Shown here in pieces: positions 53,401 to 64,000 of a stretch of DNA of 64,000 nucleotides. The DNA comes from Podarcis melisellensis. Taxonomy: Eukaryota. Location: NCBI GenBank assembly GCA_964234715.1, contig OZ174285.1; one strand, 5' to 3'. The notes beneath the pieces were generated by a model, which was given only the letters and a program-made list of their open reading frames with translations, searched no databases and was not told the DNA's origin. Within the stretch, counting starts at the first letter, position 1. Each line of letters starts with the position of its first letter. Position numbers and translations under genes: made by a program.

Positions 53401-55269
53401 TGTGCTTAAAAAAAAGAAACCAGCCTCAAGGACAAAACTAGAACCCATGGCAAACCAAGATTGGCCCATGAGCCAGAGGTTCCCTACCACTGCCTCACAG
53501 CACTGTTGTAAGGACTGCAGCTACATAACATATGTGAGACATTTTGAGCACTCGAAGGAATTATACAATTGTTAAGTATTATCATAGTTGTTTTGAAGTA
53601 TGTGATTTTTCTTATTCCAATAAGCCTTAAATACTGAACCATGCACCTTCCCATTCTCATTCTGCACACATGACTAAAAAACAGTTTTAGCATTAAACAA
53701 CAAATACTCAGCGAGGCAACATTTTGCAACCATGGATTTATTTTTCAATGCTTTCTATCAATATGTTATTTTTTTATTTTAAAAAAAAACTACTGGAGGG
53801 AAACATTTTTTGGCTGTATTGCAACGGCAAACAGACCAACAACTCCCCCCACCCTTCTATTTTACAACCCAGCAACCATGTTCACTCAACCCAAGCAAAT
53901 TTTTGTAAAAACACCACAGTGCTTGTATCAGGAGTTTCAAAGTCAGGTTTCCACAGTGTTGCTTGCCACGGAGAGTGAGCCTTGTACTCAATCTGGAAAT
54001 GACAGAGAGGGTGGAAACCACCCTGGCAATTGTGCAATGATCCCTGCCCCTCCCTGGCTCTAAAGTGGGGAGGAAGGATGGAGGTGATTTGTCTACTATA
54101 ACCAGAATGCCTTGACCATGAAGGCCTAACCAACTGGAAAGATTTCCAGAGATGAAAGGGAAACAGAGAGGGAGAGTCTCCTTGGTGCCTCCAGTTAAGG
54201 TGACTGGAGTATCATGACCAAGCAGCAACCTGATTGGCAACTGCTGCACAAAATAAGGAATGGGAGATTAGATGCTTCTTAACTAAGGTGTCTGTAAATG
54301 CAACAGCCAGACAGGGAGGAATGTTATTTGTGGGGGGTGGGGAGGCACTAGATTCATGCTCCAAGGTGTGGATCACCTGACCCTTCTCCCCTTTTAAATA
54401 AACTTTTTTTCCCTTCAAATCTTCATTTACAGGGCAACTGGAGGCACTGCAAACTATAGCTATCTATGGTATAGCTCAATATCCTCCCAATACTCAAGAT
54501 AAGCTTTTCAGGGTCTGCATTGAGTAGGAGGAATCAGTAATAAATAGGTGTCCTTCCTTTCACAAGTGGAGACGCCTCTACTAGTGCCAAGTCACCGCTG
54601 GGGACAATCTTAATTGGGCTGTTACACTCTGCTTTGTACCATTCACTCATGAGCGGGAGGGTCCCTATTTTCACATTTTAAATGTTAGAGGGCATATCAC
54701 TGCCAACAGGTTATCTTCAGAGATTCAGTTGCCACACAAAGTTGGTTTGCATTTGGCATCTACATCTTAGTAGAACAGATGCAATTTAAAAGGATATTTT
54801 TCTTTTTTTGGGGGGGGGGAGGTGAGTTTGAAATTATAAATTACATTTTTCCTTTAAAAACTTTCAAAGCAATTGCTTCACAGCTATTTCCCCAGCCTAT
54901 AAAGGAAGCAAACCTGTGCCTCTGCTGTAAATAAATGTGCAGTGCAACATCTACTGTGTTTATACAGAAGATTTACTGCTTCCACTACACTTCCTCTCGG
55001 GTTCCACAGCAGTTCCTAAACAATAGTTGCCAAGCCTTCTCTAAATAATCAGAAAACAATCAGGTCAAGGAAAGAGAATCAGAAACCGTACATCTGTTCA
55101 CAATTGTGAACAATTGTTGTGAAGGGCATGTTCCACCAGTGAGGTAGTTTCACAAGTTGCTTCAAAGTTACAGGGATTGGAGCGTTTTTAAGTAATAGTC
55201 TAAGAAGATGCAACACAGGGCTTCTGATTTTTAAAAGATGTAGTTGCAATGTTACCAGATTATATGTTC

Positions 55270-56300
55270 TTGCAAAATTATAAAATTTTGTAGTGTGTAC
55301 TTAATGAAAACACAACAGCAAACAGCAAATATGTGACTATGGGTCAACGCTAACCAATTTATGACACAAATATTACATTTTATTATAAACAGCAGATAAA
55401 GATCTGTGAAAAAAATTCTTTCAGTATCAGGAAGAGGGATGGTGTAACTCTAGCATATCAATCTGAGGTCTTTAAAATGTAATTTTAACTTAAAACATTT
55501 TCTTCATGTCTGGACAGTAAATCTGCAACAATATGGTTTTCTAAATCCTATGCTACAATAATTTTCTCACTTAACATTCTAAATGACAAATCTGAACAGT
55601 ACAGATTGGCATCATATAAAGTTGTTATGGTACTAATGGAGGAACAGCTGAAGCTAATTATTAACTAGCAGTGCATATAATCAAATATGGGATCCGCCTG
55701 CTTTCAAAGACATAGAAACCAAAGAGATAAACTGACAGGAGCCTCTTTATTGGGTTTTTGTCCTAAACAATATGTGGGAACAGGGTGCATAACCAATGCA
55801 GGATTGAACCCTGCCCTCCTGCCCATCAGCTGAAGTCACCAGTTATATCATCTAATGGGCATGGTTTAGAGAAAATGGCCTTTCAGGCCAAACTGAACCC
55901 CTTGGCAGGTCAAGACTGGATTGGATTCCCATCCCTTTTTAAAATTAACTAAACTTTTTAGTCCTACTTTTTAACTTGGTCACATTCATGCCTTCCCTCA
56001 AAATTAGGAGTGCTAGTCTGGTAAGGATGCACAGAATTATGTTAGAGTTCTCTTGTCCCCTCACAAGTTCCTAGGGATTATTCAGGAAAGAAGAGGGTTA
56101 CTATTAAACTGCTTTAAATTACTGCCATGCCACAGGTAGCTGTTGCTGCAACTTTACACTACCTAGCGAATATATTTTAGGACGCAAACTCCATGACTGT
56201 TTTTGCAAAATCATAAAATTTGGTAGTGTGTAGTTAATGAAACCACAACAGCAAACACTGTTATATCACCAAGTGACTACGGTTCAATACTAACCAATTT
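55270..56300. repeat. Diverged ~90-bp direct repeat (55270-55360 and 56203-56300)
   Basis: ttgcaaaat.ataaaattt.gtagtgtgta.ttaatgaaa.cacaacagcaaaca...gtgacta...ctaaccaattt at both sites. Confidence 0.85.
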
Positions 56301-57681
56301 TGAGACATTGCCCATCTGTCAACCATGCGAAATCATAATTATGTTGTTTCATGGCCACCCACCTGCCAATTTAGGCTGGTCACAGTAAGGATCTGGTCTG
56401 TGGAGTTTAAAAATGTTCCCCACCCTTGATGTACAAGAAGACCCCAATAAATGGGGCAACGAGACATTTTAAAGTATTTTTGTTAACACAAATATTTACA
56501 AATTAATGAATGGCAAAATCTTCTTAGAAAACATACCTTTCCCACTTTTAAAAGAGGCAAGCTGCTGTTTCAAAAGTGGCTTGTCTCCTTGGCAGCAGAA
56601 ACACTGCATTAAAAAACAAACAAGCTCCAGCTGTACATGTGGTTCTTACACATGCGATTCAGGTCTCTTGAGATTGGCCTGGACAAGGCTTTTTTTTTTT
56701 TAAAGCCCCATGATACACTTTAAGAAACATGTGATGAAGCCACCTGAAGCCTGAATCACACATTAATACCAAGAGCACGAGAGCTGCTACAGCATGGGTG
56801 CTTCCATACAGATCTGCTGATGAATCAGGAAACAATCATGTGGTCACTTGATATGCTGGTCTTAAGATGGTTTCAGAATTATTGCAATATTGCTCTTAGG
56901 TGTGTACACTGGTCACAAGATTCAGTTCAGACCATAATCTGGTGCTCTAGAAAACAGTCCATTAGCGTCCAACACACTTTATTGCTTAACTCACTTTACA
57001 GGCCAACCAGGTCTACTTTGTCCTCCCCACCCTTCACTATTAGCATTTCCCCCTCCAAGATAAATGGATGAATTCTGAAACATACTAGCCCCGCCAGAAT
57101 GGATAAAGCTTGCCAAACAATAGGCAAATAGGTCCAGGGGCTTTTGTGCTAGGAATATTTAAATTTGATTTGGGAGTCACAAATAACTAAAATGGATTTA
57201 TTTTGGGGGTAGTATCATTCCCACTGATTGTAAGCTTGAACTTTCAGTGGAGTCTGCTCTCTCTTCTTCATCAACCCACCCCAGTATTATTCCTTGTATG
57301 ATAAGCTTAAAGATGCTACTTTAATTTTTGACAGATACAGGTAAGCAAAAATTGTTCTGATGTCTGGATTGCTGAGGCACCGTGAAGTGCTTCAGTTTCC
57401 CTGCTTTTGTCTCTTGCTCTCTCCTATACTTCTCATTTCAATTCTAACAGATCCCCAAAACCCTATGAGGCACCCCGCTTAGAATTGGGATTCACCTGAA
57501 TCCAATGCATACGCTTGATTGCTGTGCATCTCAGAATTTTATACTGTAAAAAAAATTCTTGCAAAGATTTTCTTTTCTTCCTATAGCTAACTAAAAAATA
57601 TTGAGCGTTCTTATGCAAGTATTTCCAAACCATATTGCTCTGACAGAAGATTACACTAAAAATTATTCATTTTTTTTACTA

Positions 57682-57891
<210 letters not shown>

Positions 57892-60800
57892 CTAAAGAAA
57901 ACAAACACATACATTTTTTAATCCAACAAAGCTCCATACCATTTGTGCATAATTTTCTTACGAGTGAAACCCAACCAAGTCATACTCAGAAAATAGACCC
58001 AGCGAAATCAAAGTTACTTAAATTCATTTACTTCAATAGCTATACACACTCTAAGTATGGCTAACATCAAACACCACCCATAGTTTTTCCAAATCTTGTT
58101 TTAAAAATTTCCCCCATAAAAATAAACGAACTGTTACAATTTATATGCTAATGTATAGTGCTTTAATCAAAAGTTACAACACAGAGTAAAAAATGGTTCT
58201 GATGCAGACAATCTGAAAATGAAATGCCAATTCTTTAGAAATAAGTGTTCAAAATAAACAAGATCAGATGTAGTAGGGACAATCATAACAATACCATTTC
58301 AGAAGCAGCAGATCTGCCACAATTCACAATAAACATTAGGTGGTTATGTCCTATCACCAACTATAAGCTCTAGACTCAAATACATGGTTTGTATTCCTGT
58401 AAATCTGGGCTGCCTTTTAAGAAGAGGCTAGTCTACATTCCTCATCATGAAGAAACTGATTGTTCAGAATAAATATGTTGCAGGCTCAGAAACAAAAGCA
58501 AAAATTGGACACAGAGATTTTAAATGTTTATATTCGCTAGCCTACACTTAACTATTTTCCCCCCACACATATATTAAACTCCTTGCTCTCTCATCTCTTT
58601 GTCAAAACAGTCATCACTGTGAAATGAGAGTAGCACAATAAAACAGTACATATAACTAAAATATGCACATAGTTTATTCAGAAGAGCTATTGTGTTTCAC
58701 CTGGGTGGAAAGCTCAATGAGTAGATCACTATGTGATCTCCATGTGCTTGAAAGGAACATTTAATAAATACAAAGCTCCACAATAAACTAAAGTATATAA
58801 AATGACATTTGAATATACATTTAATATTTGACATTAACACCCCATTAGCATTGTGCAATGGATTTGGGGTTCCTAAAATAAATACTACTGGTAATACTGC
58901 ATTAATGTCTATGAAAACAGATTCATACAATCAGTCGTAAGTACAGAAGGATTCACTAGCTTCATCAGACTTTATCAGATTTTAGCTTCAGGCGATCTGT
59001 AACCTCTGCAAGGGTGGAGTACCAAATCTGAGTATGGCCCACAGAAGGATAAGTACTAATGGTTTCCTGAAATGACTTAGGGAAGGGATATTGCTGGTGA
59101 AACTGCCAGCACTGGTTTCCACTGGGAACGAGGTGAGGTGGAATAGCATTACCGCAAAATAAGACAGAGCTGTCTACTTTTTCTTGGGGGCTCCTTGCAT
59201 GTATATAAATATATTCATCTGTAAGTTAAAAAAAATTTCACATCCAAAACCTGACAAGCATCTGTTAGCTTCCAGACAGAATGCTGTTGAGGTGATAGTT
59301 TGGCATGGGGTGTGTTTACAATGGGGGTGGGGAGGTAATTAGCCAGCTCAAACACCTATCAGCTTAGAAAAAGCATTCTGGAAGCAGGTGTTGTGATGTG
59401 TTCTTCAAAAAAATAAAAAGCCCTTTATTCCCTAGACTACACAGTGATGTTTGAGGAAAATGAATAAAGTTGATTTTTCCATTTACTACTCTCCAGAATT
59501 CTCATCCAAGCTTAATAGCTAAAAAATGCCTGTGTTTTTTAATGTTAGATTGCTTTGAGCTGTTTCACAGGAAGCAATTCATAAATGGAATGAAATAAAT
59601 GCTTTTATTTATCTTTTTCTACTACCTGCCACCCAATTCTTTAGTACAGTAGATACTGCCTCAAAGATGGATTAGAAAGAAAGAGGGTTCATTCTTTCCC
59701 ATCCTCCTGAACTCTGCCTACAGAAGACTAAAAAGAACAGGAGCTGAGTATACTGCAACATTTTGCTGCAGATAATACTTGTATCAAAAAAGGAATCTAC
59801 AGACACTAGCTGCTTGAGTTCTAAAATACCTGGCATACAGCAGTGGGGTATGGGGGAAAGCTGACCAAATTTTTTCCTGGCTTTTAAAACTGCCAATTTG
59901 TTGCTATGTGCTTGATATCCCTAGGTTTTAGTTCTATATGAAATATTTTATTTAAACAATCTGCTTTTCTGTCCAACAGATGCCGAAGGCAGATAACAAT
60001 TAAACTAAGCACAATTTAAGAAACATGTTAAAAGCCAATTGAATACTAAAACATAAACACAGCAGTAGATAAAATGTACATAAAAACTAACCAGATTAAT
60101 GCCTGCCAAAATAAATATAAAGTTCTTTAGACTATTTCACTGGTTCAACACTGAACCTTAGAGGTCCTTTTCAGAGGTCAAACAATGAACTCCAACTCTT
60201 ATGTTAAATTAATGAATAATTAAGCACAAATAGTCACATATATACTTCATGGGTTAGCACTTCAGTTTTTGAACCAAAGAGATTGAACCGAAGTAAGCAA
60301 CCAGTTTTGTGCATTCTAAGCAGACACCCATATGAGACAGCAGAACTCTGAGAATTCAATAGCTAATTCAACTTAAGTACCAGAGGACTGCAAGTTAATT
60401 GACAGCAAGCTGAGGAAAATATTTTAGATCAACAATAGGCAGTCCTATTTAGGTATGGGGTACTGTCAGAATTCTTAGGGACCACTAGCAGTCAGTTTTA
60501 AGGGTCTGGGCAACACTCAGTGCCTTGAGTTTTTCCAGCTAACAAGGGTTCTTCTTTTGTTTTATAAAAGGGTGGAGTTTCAGAAATCATTTTGAAGTAA
60601 AACCTTGACTTAGCATTGGAATAAAGCCAGGAAAGGAGCAATGTGACCACAAGTTTCTCTTTGGAATCCCACACAATCCTGGTAAGTCATAGTTTGTCTG
60701 ACTATGATTTCTGAACCAGGCCATTGTGTCCTCATAGGATTGTCATAGTGAATGAAAATGGTAATTACAGAAGCATGCCTTTGTGCCTGTATAGTTGCAT

Positions 60801-61454
60801 TTTTAAACAATTCAAATTGGCAAGTACAAGATATTAATCATTAGAAACAAACACAAAGTTTTATACATACACTCGAAATAAAAAAGTATTCATTTTTTAG
60901 TTTTTTTAAAAAGTTTTCATTTCTTTTAACTTAAGTAAACATTATAATTGAGAAAAGCCACTAGGATTTATTTCCAATAATACAATAATCAGTTCTGCAC
61001 ATTTCACTGCTCAAAAGGCAAATAGAACTATTCATCACAGCATAGAAAACAACATGAATAGACAAAGCCATAGTGCAGTTCTTGGAATACAGAGTTCAAT
61101 TCTCGGCATCTGCAGTCAAGCAAGAGCAGGTACAAAGAGCAACCAAGATTTAGGCATATTTGAAAGGAACCCCTATCAGTGGGCCAATGCTATTATTAGA
61201 ATCATCTAAAGTGTCACAAAGTATTGAGGAGAGTTTTGATTTTTCATTACTTTGTGACATATGAGATAGCCCTAATAAGTCACCAATTTATTATGAATAA
61301 AATTCAATGGGATTCATCTACTGGCAGAATGGACACTGATGGTGGAATAGATTTCCTCTCCCAATCATCTGGAATAGATTATGTGGGTGTACAGTCGTTA
61401 CAGAGGAAGGAGGTGTCAGTTTAAGAGTCAATAGAGAGCAATTTAGGAATTTTG

Positions 61455-61798
61455 GACGGCTTCGGTCCTGTATACCTGAAGGAGCGTCTCCACCCCCATT
61501 GTTCAGCCCGGACACTGAGATCCAGTGCCGAGGGCCTTCTGGCGGTTCCGTCATTGCGAGAAGTGAGGCTACAGGGAACCAGACAGAGGGCCTTCTCGGT
61601 AGTGGCGCCCGCCCTGTGGAACGCCCTCCCATCAGATGTCAAAGAGATAAAGAATTACCTGACATTCAGAAAACATCTTAAGGCAGCCCTGTTCAGGGAA
61701 GTTTTTAATATGTAATGCTGTACTGTTTTTAACACTGATTGGGAGCCGCCCAGAGTGGCTGGGGAAACTCAGCCAGATGGGCGGGGTATAAATAATAA

Positions 61799-61852
<54 letters not shown>
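61455..61852 (+). mobile_element. Young L2 LINE 3' end with (TTA)n tail
   Basis: GPVYLKERLHPH...RAFSVVAPALWNALP...FRKHLKAALFREVF; CpGs retained. Confidence 0.88.
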
Positions 61853-62169
61853 TCTAATGAACCATGGCTACTTACTGCTGAAAACAGACATCATTACTGC
61901 AATTTTCACAGGTCATGTGATGGACCCAAGATTATAGGTAATAGCCAGTGTTATTCATACTCATGAATAGCCTCACTGAAACCAATCAACTTAAATTACC
62001 CAAATCCATTGATTTGATGCGTCTATTCCAAGTATGACCAGATATCATCCTATACATTTGCATGGCAAAATTGAAGAGAAAAGTATAACTTACTCTTTCC
62101 CAAATAAATGAACTCATTCCCTACCAGTATGAGGAGTCTTGAAACTAAGATGAAAAGTTATTTAATGCA

Positions 62170-62333
62170 TTTTTCCATCTATAAGACACCCCCATGTTTA
62201 AGACGCCACATATTTTGGGGCGGATTCAGATTTGAGAACGTGGGGGGAGATGTATCTGAGTAAAACACGTCCCCTAATTTTTCACATTATTTTTTAGGGG
62301 GGGAACAGAGTCTTATACACGAAAAATACGGTA
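62170..62333. mobile_element. Tc1/mariner-like MITE remnant
   Basis: tataagac near the left end and gtcttatacacgaaaaatacgg-TA at the right end. Confidence 0.5.
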
Positions 62334-62814
62334 ATTGATCAGTGAATTTACTGCAGCATAACATGAATTACACTTTTTATATAGACAGATGTTTGCAGAT
62401 AGTAATGATGTGAGTGAGACAGCAGATTTGCCACTACAATTGGTGGCATTCAAGTCAGAGTTGACTAACTGAGATAAATGTTTTCATTGTTTTCAGTAGG
62501 TCTACTTATAGTATGCCTACTGTTTGGTATCACCCCTTTTTTGCAGTTAATTTTGTTTTAAAAGTACATTGTTACCTAAATTTTATTTGCAACATCATGA
62601 ATGGATACAGTATCAAAACAGGCAATTTCAAAGTTGCAACTAACCTTTTCAGACTACTATCCCCTAGACACCGAGCCAACTATACAATCTAAGCATGCTA
62701 AATTAGCATGCTAACAAGCTGATATAGGGTAAACCATTTTTCCACTCAAACTTTTCCAGAAAATCCATACCACTGTCCCAGATTAAATTCATCAAAATGT
62801 AAAGATGCCCTAGT

Positions 62815-62951
62815 TAGAATCATAGAATCGTCGAGTTGGAAGGACCACGAGGATCACCTAGTCCAAACCCCTGCAATGCAGGAATCTTTTGCTCTTGGGA
62901 CTTCAACCCATGACCCTGAGATTAAGTCTCTCATGCTCTACCAACTGAGCT
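62815..62951 (-). mobile_element. SINE with tRNA-Lys-like head and CR1-like tail
   Basis: Minus strand: agctcagttggtagagcatgagagacttaatctcagggtcatgggtt...ccttccaactcgacgattctatgattcta. Confidence 0.7.
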
Positions 62952-64000
62952 GGAACTCTTCAAATTATTCTTAATTTATAACAAAATACTAGGAATAACC
63001 CAGAGAATTAGTTACTTCAAGTTACTTCAGTAACTAAGTAAACATAATATTAAAATATTAAATAAAATAAACTTAAATAGCAATAAAGTTTCCACCAGTG
63101 ATAAGCAAGATCATAATAGAACAGTCACTGGTTAACCCTTCCTCAATAGATCATCTACAATCTAGTTTTAATTAATGTTCAGTAGAAGCACTGAACTGAG
63201 GATTTCACTTTTAATGCTAATTCTATCTTAATAATACAATCCATATCTTAAAATATATATGCAATGGGCAATAACCTTGTAGAGCTGCATTTGATTAAGA
63301 GTGAAAGAATTTTTTAAAAGTTCTTTCAGCTGCAGTCCCCTGAACTTTTCATGTCATCTTCCACATTCTTCTGAAGGGTCCTCCAAATTTCTGGAACTTA
63401 TTTTTGCGAGGTTCAGGGGCTGCAGTAGGAGGGGATTGGCAAAAACAATCTCCCATTCCCTTATGTTAATGGACATCTCTTAGATCAAAAGCCATTCCAC
63501 AACAATGAGTTTCATTCTATAAGTTAAAATATATAGAAAGTCTTAAATTAGAATTGTATAAAGAGAAAAAGATTGTACTAAAGATAGAAGCAAGCTTTGC
63601 AGTTTGACAAGCTAACATACAGAAAATTATTCTTTGTATAGAATTCTACAGCGATAATATATGTGCATGCATAATATGCACTTGCATAAGTTCCCATTCA
63701 AGTGGGCATTCTATAAGATAACAAGTGATTTTTTTTGTTCCTGTACCTTATATTTAGCAGAAGACTGTATTGTTGCTTTTTAAATCCTTGCAAATCTACT
63801 AATTTCAATTTATTTCATTTAATTAATGAAGACACAAATCACAAGGAAAGTTCTAAAAACTGCAATAATGTAGCTCAGCTTTTTAATATGCAACAGGTTA
63901 GATCACATTTTGCAATTTAGATTTCCTTTCATTTATTCCTGTATAGATGAGAACAGGAAAGGCATCCTGGCTAACATCAGGGGTGGGTAGCCTGTAAAAG

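Overview
Eukaryotic, repeat-rich genomic DNA from a squamate reptile, most likely a lacertid lizard (Sauria/Squam-type SINEs, Bov-B, L2, CR1, L1, hAT and Tc1/mariner MITEs). The window holds most of one gene, CERT1 (COL4A3BP, ceramide transfer protein), on the minus strand. Fifteen coding exons (orthologous exons 2-10 and 12-17, 57891 down to 20503) splice at GT-AG sites into one 1701-nt frame (566 aa + stop) covering the PH domain, serine-repeat motif, FFAT motif and START domain. Exon 1 lies beyond the right edge. The alternative 78-nt exon 11 is not visible and probably falls in the 188-N assembly gap. A candidate 3'UTR intron and poly(A) signals follow the stop. The first ~17 kb is intergenic and TE-dense; no HMGCR exon was recognised there. 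Best second-look items: a composite hAT unit (1874-3296) with an 8-bp TSD carrying a CpG-island-like segment plus an L1 fragment; a speculative SRE/NF-Y-flanked two-exon 102-codon ORF on the + strand; a perfect 51-bp duplication across exon 7; and a deletion-ridden local duplication at 8.2-9.4 kb. No prokaryote-type system (CRISPR, operon, defence island) is present. Almost all ORF-track calls are TE fragments or noise.
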